A DNA stretch of 64,000 bases, from contig NC_135808.1 in assembly GCF_964213995.1 (NCBI RefSeq), positions 22,878,001 through 22,942,000 on the forward strand, in the 5' to 3' direction. Source of the stretch: Mustelus asterias. Taxonomy: Eukaryota. Shown here piece after piece: positions 32,946 to 47,600 of the stretch. The notes below the pieces were generated by a model. The model did not search any database, had not been told where the DNA came from, and saw only the letters and a program-made list of their open reading frames with translations. A program made the position numbers and the translations under genes. Numbering within the stretch: the stretch's first letter is position 1; the number at the start of each line of letters is the position of its first letter.

Positions 32946-34714
32946 TCATATAGAAACATAGAAACACAGAAAATCTACAGCACAGAACAGGCCCTTCGGC
33001 CCCACAAGTTGTGCCGAACATATCCCTACCTTTTAGGCCTACCTATAACCCTCCATCCTATTAAGTCCCATGTACTCATCCAGGAGTCTCTTAAAAGACC
33101 CTATTGAGTTTGCCTCCACCAACACTGACGGCAGCTGATTCCACTCGCCCACCACCCTCTGTGTGAAAAGCTTCCCCCTAACATTTCCCCTGTACCTACC
33201 CCCCAGCACCTTAAACCTGTGTCCTCTCGTAGCAGCCATTTCCACCCTGGGAAAAAGCCTCTGAGAGTCCACCCGATCTATGCCTCTCAACCTCTTATAT
33301 ACCTCTATTAGGTCTCCTCTCATCCTACGTCTCTCCAAGAAGAAAAGACCGAGCTCCCTCAGCCTATCCTCATAAGGCATGCCACTCAATCCAGACAACA
33401 TCCTTGTAAATCTCCTCTCCACCCTTTCAATCTTTTCCACATCCTTCCTGTAATGAGGCGACCAGAACTGAGCACAGTACTCCAAGTGGGGTCTGACGAG
33501 GGTCTTATATAGCTGCATCATTATCCCCGGACTCCTAAACTCAATCCATCAATTGATAAAGGCCAGCACACCATATGCCTTCTTGACCACCTCCTCCACC
33601 TGCGGGGCCGATTTTAGAGTCCTATGGACCCGGACCCCAACGTCCTTCTGATCCTCTACCATACTAAGAGTCCTTCCCTTTATATTGTACTCCTTCATCC
33701 CATTTGACCTGCCAAAATGGACCACTACACATTTATCTGGGTTGAAGTCTATCTGCCACTTCTCCACCCAGTCTTGCATCCTATCTATGTCCCTCTGTAA
33801 CTTCTGACATCCCTCCAGACTATCCACAACCCCACCAACCTTCGTGTCGTCGGCAAACTTACCAACCCATCCCTCCACTTCCTCATCCAGGTCATTTATG
33901 AAAATGACAAACGGCAAGGGTCCCAGAACAGATCCCTGGGGCACACCACTGGTGACCGACCTCCAATTAGAAAAAGACCCATCTATACACACTCTCTGCC
34001 TCCTTGGGGCAAGCCAGTTCTGGATACACAGGGCAGCAGCCCCTTGGATCCCATGCCCTCTCACTTTTTCGAGAAGCCTTGCATGGGGGACCTTATCGAA
34101 TGCCTTGCTAAAATCCATATAAACCACATCTACCGCTTTCCCTTCGTCAATGTGTTTAGTCACATTTTCGAAGAACTCCACCAGGCTCGGAAGAAACGAT
34201 CTGCCTTTGACAAAGGCATCTGAGTATTCTTGAACATACTAAACCTCTCTAAATGCTCATAAATCCTGTCCCTCAGGGTCTTCTCCATCAGCTTACCAAC
34301 CACTGAGGTTAGACTCACCGGTCGGTAATTTCCTGGACTATCCCTATTCCCCTTCTTGAAAATAGGAACCACATCCACAGTCCTCCAATCCTCCGGCACC
34401 GCTCCCGTCTCCATCGACGACACAAAGATCATCGCCAGAGGCTCTGCAATCTCTTCCCTCGCCTCCCACAGTAACCTGGGGTACATCCCATCCAGACCCG
34501 GCGACTTATCTATCTTGATGCCATTCAAATATTTCAGCACAACTTCTTTGCTGAAGTCCACATACTCAATCTTTTCAGTCCACCGCAGGCCCACAGTACA
34601 TCCACCCATGTCCTTCTCCTCTGAGAAAACCGAGGCAAAATACTCATTAAGCACCTCTGCCATTTCTACTGGTTCCGTACTGATTTTCCCGCCTTCACCT
34701 TTTTTAGGCCCTAT
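32946..34714 (-). mobile_element. Young 5'-truncated CR1 LINE specific to the gene A unit
   Basis: RT ORFs with GVPQGSVLGP and FADDTK, and a (TTTCTATG)-like tail. Empty site at about 55825. Confidence 0.93.
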
Positions 34715-37016
34715 TCTTAAATGTATTATTCACATCAGCCAAAGCGAGCTCCCGCAAGTTATGATGGTAAAGGCGAATATTTTAAAACCAAAGGCCTGGG
34801 AACCTAATAATTAGAAAAATTCATATCAGAAAGTTTCATAACTCATAAACAATATTATGAATAAGGTTCAGTCACTGATCACACAGAATAGATATGTTCC
34901 AAGACATGGGATCACATGTCTAGCCATCTTGGCAGTGAGCTGGTGGGAACATCCACTTTGACCTCTGCAGTAGTGTCTATCGTAACCTGGCAACAGTGAA
35001 GGAGCTTCAGCCAAGAAGAGAGTTAGCGTCCGGATTCAATGGACGAATGAGATACCATTATGCTGGAAGGCACAATGCAGTTGGCTGAGGTACTTGACAG
35101 AGATTTATATTGATGTGTATATACTAAATGTAATTGATTTTAATGTCAGGTGGGAATGATTGAGAAGAAAAAACTACAATTGATCTGTTTTTGATTGTAT
35201 ATGCCAGATCTATTGAAGAGGTTTTGTCACTCTGCAACAGAGCTACTTAATCCTTTGGTGGTCTCCAGGCAGCTGCTTGTTTTTCTTTTAAATAAATGTT
35301 CTGTCTTTATACAGAGATATCTGCCTCGTGAGTTTTGTATTGTCCATAGTTTAAGATTGCACCGGTCATCTTGAAATACCCCACAACACCTTGTCCATGA
35401 TAGTTTCGAATAAAATAACAATTGATAGGCTGGTCATTATGAAAGGCCATGGGACCATGCAGTGGGGTGTAAGCAAAGACCCCACAACAGGACCCCTGTC
35501 TCCCCTTCCCCGCCCCCCCCCCCCCCCATGCCAAGAAATAATGCTGGGATCCGAATGCTCGTGTGATTGGATGAGTGTCATTCTGTTACGTGTGAAGTAG
35601 GAACTATACGATCAGTGAGGAGAAGCTTCAGCCTGAGTGAGACAGAGACCAAAGGAGTAAATTTGGGAATGTGGTTCCAAGTGGAAATTTAACTCGTAAA
35701 TCTTTTGCACGTTCAGTTTTCGAGTGAAGGCCAAATTCTGACCTAAAACCAGCAGCCTTCAAGTAAGTTAAATAGCCTAGCTGCCCCGGGCTGTCTGTCG
35801 GTGTGTATCTTCTGTGAAAACCATTGTTGGAAGGTGAAAACAGAAGTAGAATTCAGCAAGCACACCCACAGTACCCCTGCAATGGCCATTTTACAGGTAT
35901 ATCTCAAATCTCTCTCTCTCCCTGACTGTGGAATTCAGGCAAGTCAGCAAGAAATGCACCTGAAAAGAAAACTGGGAAGCTTCACCACCAAACTACAGAA
36001 CACTGGATTCACAAAACTGACTCTTCACCTGCTGAAGCCAACTCCACTGGAAGCTTGAATCGCAACGGCTTATGAGGAGCCATGGTAAATAGAGATGACA
36101 CGTTTACCTTAGCAGAGGATCAAAAACCAGGGGCACAGATTTAAAGTAATGTTAGAAAGATCAGGGGGGAAATGAGGAAACAGTTTTTCACCCAGAGGGT
36201 GGGAGGAACCCGGGACCCACTGTCTGAAAGGATGGTAGAGGCAGAAACTCTCACCACATTGAGTCAATTCTTGGATGTCGAGTTGAAGTGCTGTGATCTA
36301 CAGAGCTGCAGACCGAGTACAGGAAGGTGAGATTAGGCTGGAGAGCTCTTCATTACGATGGGCTGAATGGCCTCACTTTCGATCATAAATTTTCGACCAT
36401 TCAACATTCTACCCACACAACACCAGCTAAATCCATCAGAGCCCCAAACACCGGCGAAACCCATCAGACCCCAAACACCAGCTAAACCCATCAGACCCCA
36501 AACACCAGCAAAAAACATCAGACCCCAAACACCAGCTAAACCCATCAAAGTCCCAAACACCAGAAAAACCCATCAGAGCCCCAAACACCAGCAAAACCCA
36601 TCAGAGCCCCAAACACCAGCTAAACCCATCAGAGCCCCAAACACCAGCAAAACCCATCAGAGCCCAAAACACCAGCAAAGCCCATCAATTCCACAAACAC
36701 CAGCAAAACCCATCAGAGCCCCAAACACCAGCAAAACCCATCAGAGCCCCAAACACCAGCAAAGCCCATCAATTCCACAAACACCAGCAAAACCCATCTG
36801 ACCCCAAACACCAGCAAAACCCACCAGACCCCCAAACACAAGCTAAACCCATCAGAGCCCCAAACACCAGCAAAACTCATCAGACCCCAAACACCAGCAA
36901 AACCCATCAATTCCACAAACACCAGCAAAACCCATCAGACCCCCAAACACCAGCTAAACCCATCAGATCCCCAATCACCAGCTAAACCCATCAGAGCCCC
37001 AAACACCAACAAAATG

Positions 37017-38612
37017 CATCAGTCTGTTCAGCCTCTCAGTTGCAGTCCAGTAATAAAAGATGATGCAAGTCCCGCTTCTTCACAAACTCACTTTATCCTC
37101 TTTTACAACTCCACATACATCCCCAACACCCAGTGCCACCTGAAACCCCTTTATATATCCCGGAAAGTCTATTAAACAATTAACATACAAATCTGGTCTA
37201 AAGTAGAAGGTTGCAGTTAGCCTTTCCGAACACAGTCCCCTTCCTCGACAGAAAACACAAAGAACATTGTATTACCACGTCCCCATTTGTTTTATTTATA
37301 GAAAGATATGACCTTCTTTGACAATGTCCAAAGGTTTCTTTGAACTTGCCCCTCTTTTTCTAAAGCAATCGGAGAATTGATAACTACTATCAACCTTTTT
37401 ATCTTTTGATATTTCACCGTTGTCCAACATTTGCCTTAAGCTGACTATGTCTATTCGTAACTTTTTCTCATTTACACTCTTTGTGGAGCGCAAACTTCCC
37501 CAAAGTGCTTATTGTCAATGTGACACTCAAATGGGTATTTTACCCAAATCCTCTCACCCCAAAATCTCTGTCAGTATCTGGGATATGAAAGAAGCCATAT
37601 CCACTGCCTCTACACGGCGCAATGTCTCAGCGGCCAATGTGCTTTTTACCACTCTCCTTATTTTCTTTGTTTCCCATACAAGAAGGCAACATTTACCATT
37701 TTCCCCCAAAAGAAAGATTGTAAAACCTCCTGCACTTGAAAACCCATCACGCAAATTGGCATAGGATGCATGATTATAAATGGTGAGTTTCAGGTGCCTA
37801 AGATCACCCAAAAAAGGGAACCTCAAAACACATTCCTACATTTTTAGTTTGACCAACATTTTGTTTGCTCTCATTATGTCTTCCACCCTAGGACATCAAA
37901 ATTACCGTCCAGTCTGGTCTGCCAGGCCAATTCAGTTGACCAATCAAACTTTGGTGTCCCTCCTTTTCCATTTTAAAAACCACTGCGTCCATTTGTGAAG
38001 CCCTAACGTGAATAATTGCTCCTGGGCTGAGACTCTCCAAATAAGATTGCTGACGTAAAGTGACACCTGACTCCTCTGTCCAATTTCCAGCTCAATATAT
38101 TTGAAAGCCCCTGAAGCCGGACTTCCAATCCTGAATTCCTTCCTCAGCCCAGAAATCACAATGATTTCAAAATCACTGCTACCACTCCACAAAAAATCAT
38201 CGGTGTGCATCACAAAGAGACCAGAATGTTTTCCTTCATGGTGCCAGGATCTGGTTTCAACTGGCAACAGCCTAACTTTAACAAAACTCCGACCTTTCCA
38301 AAAGTACCAAACTCTAGATGCATCATTCAGTCCATATCCACATTTATTTAACTTCCAGGATACCCATTCTGTGTTAGCTGCCTCTTTAGGATGGAGAAAA
38401 ATGCCTCTGAAGCTGATGCCCCTGCAAAAAGGTAGCTTTAATATCGATAGATTTGCATTCCCAGGCCTTTGTAGCTAACAGCCAAGATGATCTTTAAAAT
38501 ACCCTTTCCTGCCATGGGTGAATACACCCTGACATCCTGGTCTCCTAAATTTTCTTCAGATCCCCTTGCCACAAGCCTGGCCTTTGCCTTGTAGGTTCCA
38601 TCAAGAAGCATC
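37017..38612 (-). mobile_element. Degraded Ty1/Copia fragment (RT-RNase H plus probable 3' LTR), GalEa-like
   Basis: KAKARLVARG, HTDDFLW, IRRVVKSTLAAET and LRIDIVSLRQ motifs. It interrupts the 29-bp minisatellite. Confidence 0.82.
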
Positions 38613-41406
38613 ATCACCAGCTAAATCCATCAGACCTCCAAACACCAGCAAAACCCATCAGACCCCAAACACCAGCAAAACCCATCAGACCCCCAAACAC
38701 CAGCAAGTCCCTCAGAGCCCCAAACACCAGCTAAACCCATCAGACCCCCAAACACCAGCAAAACTTATAAGTTCTACTCCACACCCCAAACATTCAGCAA
38801 ATGACCAGACTCATCACAAAACACGACTGATGTTAAATCCTGTGGGAATGACAGACCCCAGTGGCCGACTTCAGGGAAAACTCTGGGAATTCTGACTTCC
38901 TTAAGGAAATTGAGCAGCTTAGCGGAGGCTGTCCAGGGTGACATGTTTCCGGATGTCTCGACACCTCAACACCCACAATGTCTCCACCCTCAGACTGTAC
39001 AGGAGCAGCCGTCTCCAGAAGGCCAGTCTCAAAGCTCAGTGTTGGATTGGATGAGCTGCTCTTTAGTGACTATCCAGCGAGAGACAGACACTGAGCTCAC
39101 ATCCCACCCACCAGATTGTACAGCTAAATCCAGCGGGAATATCCCAGTTAGAAGGATCAGCTCCCAATATTGATCAATACAGTTCATACCTCATGAACGC
39201 ATGGAGGAGCTGGATGAGGAATCCCCACCATCAGAAGCTGTTAAAGGAAGGAGAGGCATTAAAAACTGCTCATTTTCACAGAGACAGAGACTGTGGATTT
39301 GAGAATGAGAGAGACAAAGAGAGACACAGAGAAAGAAAGAGGTTCTCTCACACACATACTGACTGTGACACACAGAAATACACACACACACACACACACA
39401 CACACACGGTGTTTGATGATCAGCTTACTATTTGTAGGATTGTAGTCGTTCTTCCCTCTCCCTGTAAAACAAGGAATGTTCAGTGAGTGACGAGACTGAG
39501 AGAAAATCAGAGACAGAGGCTGGAACTCTCACTCGCACTGAGCCCCGACAACACAATTCTGAAATCCTCACTCTCAGCCTGACCGGGACCCTCACTCCCA
39601 CCCTGACCCTGGACCCTCACTCCCGTCCTGTCCCTCGACCCTCACTCCGACCCTGACCCTGGATCCTCACTCCCATCCTGTCCCTAGATCCTCACTCCCA
39701 CCCTGACCTGGATCCTCACTCCCATCCTGTCCCTAGACCCTCACTCCCACCCTGATCCTGAACTCCCACCCTGACCCTGGACCCTCACTCCCACCCTGAC
39801 CCTGGACCATCACTCCCACTCTGACCGGGACCCTCACTCCCACCCTGACCCTGGACCCTCACTCTGACCTAAGCCCCTCACAGATATCCTGAACTCCATC
39901 CGCAATCTGAGACCCTTCCCACAATTCTCAGACACTCTCCCTTTATCTTGAGCCCCTTATCCTCCCTGTCCCAACTCTGAGGCTCTTCCACCCACTCTGT
40001 GACCCCCCCCACACCAACCTGAGACCCACAGCCTGAGCCACCCCCACCCTGGAATACTCTCCCACAATCCCTCCCCCCAGTGAGGAGCTGCTATTTTCCC
40101 TCCAATTCCTACCTTTCTTGTTGTAGATGATGACAGCCACAATGATGAGAGCGATGAGCACGAGGACCCCGACCACAATCCCGACAGTAACAGCAACCTG
40201 GGAGCGAGACTTTGGTTCTGTTAGAGAGAGAATCAGAGAGACTGAGTGAATCAGGGAGAGGGAAAAGTGAGAATCAGAGTGAGAGAATGGGAGAGAATGG
40301 GAGAGAGAGAGAGGGCTAGCATCTAAGAGTGAATGAGGGAGTGAATGAGAGATAGAAAAAGCTCAGAGAGTGAAAATGAGAGAGTGAATCAGGGAGAAAG
40401 AAAGAGAAATGTAAGAGTGAGAATGAGAGAGGAAGAAAGAGAAATGAGAGAGTGTATCAGAGTGAGAGAGAGAATCAGGAAACACAGGATATACGACACA
40501 GAAACCGGCCATTCGGCCCTTCCAGTTGATAGTGGTGTTAATGTTCTACTTGAGCCTCCTCCTATCTTTTTTTCTCGTCTAATTCGACCATTTTAACTCT
40601 ATTCCCCTCTCCCTCATTTGCTTGTCTATCCTCCCCTTAAACTACACTGTTCAGTTCAGCCATTCCCTGTGGCAGCGAGCTCCACATTCTCATCACTCTT
40701 TGGGTGAAGAGGTTTCTCATGAATTCCCCATTGGGTTTCTTGTATTGATGGCCACTGGATATGCTCTTCCCACAAGAGGAACACTCGCAATGTGTCCGCT
40801 CCATCAAAAAACCTTTCATAATTTTAAATCCTCGATTAAATCAACCCTCAGCCTTCTGTTTTCCCGAGAGCAGAGACCCAGCCAGTCAATCCTTTCCTGA
40901 GATGTCCACCCACTTATTTCTGGAATCATCTCTGTAAATCTTCTCTACACTCTCTCCCCTGACTCGATATCCTTTGTGTGAAATGGTGACCGGAACTGCA
41001 CATGGTCTTTAAATGTGGTCTAACCAAGGTTTGGCAATAACGTCCCTGCTTTACAATTCTATTCCTCGAGAAGTAAAACCTGGTTTTCGATTGTATTTTG
41101 TTTATTGTCTAACCTGTAACTCTATGTTTACTGATTGGTGTATTTGTACATCAAGATTCCCTTTGTTCCTCAACACTAACTATTCATCGTTAACTGAAAA
41201 ATACCTCACGTTTATCTGTGCTGAACTTTATTCACCAACTATTTGTTCAAGTTTATTCATGTCCTTTTAATTTATTCCAGTTCTCCTCAATATCAAATAA
41301 TTCCCCCAATTTGGTGTTATCTGCAAATTAAGAAATTGTGTTTTTGATTCCAATATCCAAGTTATGGAGTGTAAGTTGTGAATAGCAGTGATCCCAACAC
41401 TGATCC

Positions 41407-43082
41407 TTGTGGAATGATGCAGGAACCCAGCACATCAGTGCAAAAGATAAAGCCGAAGTATTCGCAGCAATCTTCAGCCTGAAGTGCCGAGTGGATGATC
41501 CATCTCGGCCTCCTCCAGTGGTCCCCAGCATCACAGATACCAGTCTCCAGATCATTCGATTCACTTCACGTGATATCAAGAAACGGTTGGAGGCAAAGGC
41601 AATGGGCCCTGATCACATTCCACCAATAGCATTGAAGACTTGTGTTCCAGAACTTGCCGATCCCCAAGCCAAGCTCTTCCAGTACAGTTACAACACTGGC
41701 ATCTACCCAACAATGTGGAAAATTGCCCAGGTATGCTCTGCACACAAAAAGCAGGGCAAATCCAACCCGGCCAATTACCGCCCAATCAGTCTACTATCGA
41801 TCACCAGTAAAGTGATGGAATGGGTCATCGACAGTGCTATCATGCAGCACCTGCTCAGCGACGCCCAGTTTAGGTTTCACCAGGGTCACTCAGCTCCTGA
41901 CCTCATTACAGCCTTGGTTCAAACATGGACAAAAGAGCTGAATTCCAGAGGTGAGGTGAGAGTGACAGCCCTTGACATCCAGGCCAAATTTGACCGAGTG
42001 CGGCATCAAGGAGCCCCAGCAAAACTGGAATCAGTGGGTATCAGGGGGCAAACTCTCCGCTGGTTGGAGTCAGACCTGGTACATAGGAAGATGGTTGTGG
42101 TTGTGGAGGGTCAGTCACCTCAGCTCAACGACATCTCTGCAGGAGTCCCTCAGGTAGTGTCCTCGGCCCAATAATCTTCAGCTGCTTCATCAACGACCTT
42201 CCCTCCAACAATAGGTCGGAAGTGGGGATGTTCGCCGATGATTGCACAATGTTCAGCACCATTCGCGACTCCTCAGATACTGAAGCATTCCATGTTCAAA
42301 TGCAACAAGATCTGGACAATATCCAGGCTTGGGCTGACAAGTGGCAAATAACATTCGAGCCACACAAATTACAGGCAATGACCATCACCAATACAAGACA
42401 CTCTAACCACCGCCCCTTAACATTCAGTGGTGTAACCATCACTGAATCCCCCACTGTCAACATCCTTGGGGTTACCATTGACTAGAAACTCACTGGACTC
42501 ACCACATAAACACAGTGGCTGCAAGACAGGTCAGAGGTGAGGAAAACTGTGGCAAGTAACTCACCTCCAGACTCCCCAGAGCCTATTCACCATTTACAAG
42601 GCACAAGTCAGGAGTGTGATGGAATACTCCCCTCTTGCCTGGATGGGTGCAGCTCCAACAACACTCAAGAAGCTTGACACCATCCAGGACAAAGCAGCCC
42701 GCTTGATTGGCACCACATCTATAAATATTCAATCCGTCTACCACCGACGCTCAGTAGCAGCAGTGTGTACTATCTACAAGATGCACTGCAGCAATTCACT
42801 GAAGATCCTTAGACAGCACCTTCCAAACACACGATCACTTCCATCTAGAAGGACAAGGACAGCAGATAAATGGGAAGATCACCACCTGCAAGTTCCCCTC
42901 CAAGCCACTCACCATCCTGACTTGCAAATATATCACCGTTCCTTCGAGGTCACTGGGTCAAAATCCTAGAATTCCCTCCCTAACAGCATTGTCACCACCA
43001 CCTTCTCAAGGGCAACTAGGGATGGGCAATAAATGCTGGTCAGCCAGCGACACCCATGTCCCACGAATGAATTTTTAAAAAA
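41407..43082 (+). mobile_element. LINE RT fragment, duplicate of 19128-20800
   Basis: Same insertion site and motifs. Confidence 0.88.
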
Positions 43083-43307
43083 TCATTTTCCACTTTCTGT
43101 CACTCCGAATAACTCCCTTTCCTCACACTCTCTGCTTTCTGTCCCAAAGTCAGTGAGTGATCCATTCTGTCACTCATCCCCTAACTCCACATGCTTTGAC
43201 CTTGTCAATCAGTCCATCATGAACACCCTTTTCTATTACATTTGAAAAATTATATGATATTATATCTATTACATTACCATTGTCTATTCCCTCTGTTACA
43301 TCCTCAA

Positions 43308-43817
43308 TTGTGTGCAGTTCTGGTCACCTGGATGTGGAAGCGCTGGAAAGAGTGCAGAGGAGATTTACCAGGATACTGCCTGGTTTGGAGGGTAGGTCTT
43401 ATGAGGAAAGGTTGAGGGAGCTAGGGCTGTTCTCTCTGGAGCGGTGGAGGCTGAGGGGAGACTTAATCGAGGTGTATAAAATGATGAAGGGGATAGATAG
43501 AGTGAACGTTCAAAGACTATTTCCTCGGGTGGATGGAGCTATTACGAGGGGGCATAACTATAGGGTTCATGGTGGGAGATATAGGAAGGATATCAGAGGT
43601 AGGTTCTTTACACAGAGAGTGGTTGGGGTGTGGAATGGACTGCCTGCAGTGATAATGGAGTCAGACACTTTAGGAACATTTAAGCGGTTATTGGATAGGC
43701 ACATGGAGCACACCAGGATGATAGGGAGTGGGATAGCTTGATCTTGGTTTCAGATAAAGCTCGGCACAACATCGTGGGCTGAAGGGCCTGTTCTGTGCTG
43801 TACTGTTCGATGTTCTA
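43308..43817 (+). mobile_element. CR1 3' fragment specific to the gene B intron
   Basis: LERVQRRFTR...RGRFFTQRVV. Empty site at about 21023. Confidence 0.9.
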
Positions 43818-44473
43818 AAAATCCACTCAGTGGAGTAAAACAAGATTTTCCATTTCAAAATCTGTGCTGAATATTCATTGTTATAGGATTTGATTCTAGA
43901 TTTTCATGAATTGTCTCCAATTGAAGGAATTCCATTATTTTTCTGAATATTGATCTTAATCTGACTGACATAAACTTCCAGGATGCACTGGGTCCTGTCC
44001 GACTGTAATATTTGATTTATTGTCACATGTATTGGTACACAGTGAAAAGTATTGTTTTTTGGAGATACTGGGCCCTGTCTATCCTCTAATATCCCAGGCA
44101 CACCATGCCCTTCCTCCTGTAACATCCCAGGATACACCAGGCCCTGTCTACCCTCTAATATCCCAGGCACACTGGGCCCTACCTCCTGTAATATCCTATG
44201 ATACCCTGGGTCATCGCATACAGTAATATCCCAGGATACACCAGGCGCTGTAAGGCTGCAATATCTCAGGATACACTAGGATTTGTCCTTTTATAATATC
44301 CCAGAATACACTGCATTCTGTATTACTGCAGTATCCCAGGATACACTCGGTCCTGTCAGGCTGCAATATCCCAGATACACTGGGCCCCACCATACTGTAA
44401 TATCCCAGAACACCCCAGGTCCAGATTTACTCTAAGGTCCAATGATACACCAGGCCCTGTGCGACTGTAATAT

Positions 44474-44683
44474 GATGTGGAGATGCCGGCGTTGGACTGG
44501 GGTAAACACAGTAAGAAGTCTCACAACACCAGGTTAAAGTCCAACAGGTTTATTTGGTAGCAAAAGCCACACAAGCTTTCGGAGCTCGAAGCCCCTGAAG
44601 AAGGGGCTTACAGCTCCGAAAGCTTGTGTGGCTTTTGCGACCATATTAACCTGTTGGACTTTAACCTGGTGTTGTTAAACTTC
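44474..44683. mobile_element. Inverted pair of Penelope-like termini with a 12-bp TSD
   Basis: TSD CGACTGTAATAT at 44462-44473 and 44684-44695. Empty site in gene A at about 21902. Confidence 0.85.
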
Positions 44684-47600
44684 CGACTGTAATATCCCAT
44701 GGTACACTATATCATGTCGTACTGTAATATCCCAGGATACACCAGGCCCTGTTATACTGTTCTACCCCAGGATACTCTGGGCTCTGTTGTACTGTAATCC
44801 CAGGATACACTGCTACCCGTGCGACAATAATATCCCAAAATGCACTGGGTCTTGTCGTACAATAATATCTCTGGACACACTGGGCTCTGTCATACTCTAA
44901 TATCCCAATTAAACCAGGCCCTTGTGCACAGTAACATCCGAGGATACACTTGGCCTTGTCCCCACTGTAATATCGCAGGATATACTGGGCCCTGACCAAC
45001 TAAAGGATCTCATGATACACAGCGCCCTGTCCCACTGTAATGTCCAATAACACAACGGGTCCTGTACCCCCAGTTATTTCCCAGGATGCACCAGGCCTTA
45101 TCCATCCTGTAATATCCCAGAAGACACTGGATCCTGTTGCACTGTAATACAGCAGGATACAGTGGGGTATGTTTCATGTCAAATCCATGGACACTCAATT
45201 ATTTCCCTCTAATGGTGGTGCCATGATATATCACACATTGAAGGTTAATATTTATTTTCCTCTCTCTGTATCCCGGGCCTCGGGCTGTCCTCGGCTGACA
45301 ACTCAGCACTGACCCTCCCTCCTGTGATCCTGGTCTGAGGCTGGGTCCTCTCTCACAGTGAGAAACAGTCTCACCGTAAATCACCACCAGTGTCTCCTTC
45401 ATCCCGCTGTGTTCCACCCGACAGGAATACTCGGCCTGGTCCTCTGGATCAAACTCTACCCATTTCCGGATCTGGTAGGTGCTGTCGTGATTGGGTAAGA
45501 TCCCACTGGACAGAGTCTCATCAATCACCACTCCGTCTCTCCACAGATTCACCTCGATGGCTTGAGGTTAAAACCCGGTGACGACACAGGACAGCCGGTT
45601 AGAATCACCCAGACGGGTAAAGGACACGACGGGGGCAACTGAGAGAGAAAGAAAGATGAGTCAGTACAGGAACCTCGAGATAGAGAGTCCCGGCATCACC
45701 CCCTTCACCGACTCTCACTCCCCCCCTCACTCACCGACTCTCACTCACCCCTCACTCACCGACTCTCACTCCCCCCCTCACTCCCCCCCTCACTCACAGA
45801 CTCTCACTCCCCGACTCTGACTCCCCGACTCTCACTCCCCCCTCACTCCCCGACTCTCACTCCCCCCTCACTCACCGACTCTCAGTCTCCCCTCACTCAC
45901 CGACTCTCACTCCCCCCTCACTCACCGACTCTCACTCCCCCCACCCTGACTCACCGACTCTCACTCCCCCCCTCACTCACCGACTCTCACTCCCCCCCTC
46001 ACTCACCGACTCTCACTCCTCCCTCACTCACCGACTCTCAGTCTCCCCTCACTCACCGACTCTCACTCCCCCCTCACTCACCGACTCTCACTTCCCCCCT
46101 CACTCACCGACTCTCACTCCCCCCTCACTCACCGACTCTCACTCCCCGACTCTCACTCCCCCCTCACTTGCCGACTCTCACTCCCCCCTCACTCACCGAC
46201 TCTCACTCGCCCCTCACTCACCAACTCTCACCCCCCCCTCACTCACCGACTCTCACTCCCCCCTCACTCACCGACTCTCACTCCCCCCTCACTTACCGAC
46301 TCTCACTCCCCCCTCACTCACCGACTCTCACTCCCCCCTCACTCACCGACTCTCACTCCCCCCTCACTCACCCAATCTCACTCCCCCCTCACTCACCGAC
46401 TCTCACTCCCCCCCTCACTCACCGACTCTCACTCCCCCCTCACTCACCGACTCTCAATTCACTCTGTCCGTACTCCAGGTATTTTCTCAGCCACTCGATA
46501 CACTCCACCTCCAGGTAATGTTTCAATCGCTGAATGTGTCCAGTCTGCCGGTCGCACCTGTTTTTGATGCTCTCCCCCCAGGGCACTGGGGTCACCCACA
46601 CCATGTGCTCCTTGTCCAAACTGAGAACATCATGTCCGTCCCACCCGTACTGGCTGAATCCACTCGTGGTCCCATCATCCCGTAGGTCACAGCCAGTCAT
46701 CATCTGGCAGACATGGACCCCTGTGGATCAGAAACACAAACAGCCAATCAGAGACAGTCCCAATGAGCGATCCCACCTGTACAGCCAATCAGAACGTGTC
46801 TCACTGGGCGATCTCATCCCACCAGCCAATCAACATCAACTACACCCTCCCACTCCGCTCACACACAGCCAATCAGAGCCAGCTCGCTGGACACAATCCC
46901 TCCACACATTCACAGCCAATCACATTTCCTGTCACATCTCCAATCGCAGCCAATCAGCCTCTGGCTCCCAGTCCCTAATCCACTCTGGGTTTCTCCTCAT
47001 TCCCACCTGGATCCCCGGGTGCTGGGAGAGTGAGCACTCACCTCCTGTCTGGTTGGTGTGGGACATGTAGAGCGGAATATCAGCTTTCAAATACATCTCC
47101 TGCTCCTCTGTGAAGATCTTCTTCCGCTCCCAGGCTGCCGGACCCTCGCTCTCCACCATCCACTGCTCCCGGGGGATCAGCTCCCTCCGATCGCTGTCGT
47201 ACAAAACAAACTGGACACCGTCCACATAAACGACAGCCACAAACTCCGGGAAATCCGGGATCAAAGTCATTCCCGTGAAGAAATACCGCAGAGAGTGAGA
47301 GCCTGAAATACAGAGAGAGAGAATTCAGGATATACACCCTAAAAACACCATCACCCTCACACACACACACACACAGATCAGGGCATGAACCCCAAAACAC
47401 TGAATGAAAACTGAGAGCTAGACCTCCACCCAGCCTGGCATTGCCCCTCTCACACCCCATCACTCACTGACCCAGGGTTAATGCCCCAGTACCCAGCCTG
47501 ACATTGCCCCTCTCACACCCCATCACTCACCTGCAGACACCTCTCCACACAGAAGGACCAGCTCTATCAGTCCAATCATTGCTGCTTCCCTCATGTTGGG

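Larger units (their letters stand above)
39191..47579 (-). pseudogene. Non-classical MHC class I gene B with a premature stop in alpha3
   Basis: join complement(47531-47579, 47042-47302, 46448-46720, 45375-45638, 40113-40217, 39429-39461, 39191-39237). Exon sizes match gene A. GFYP becomes GF*P (TAA at 45570-45568). Confidence 0.9.

Noticed and set aside
36367-36928. Pro/Thr-rich ORFs (also 63215-63529 and 52613-53047)
   Set aside because: Minisatellite read-through with no splice or domain support.
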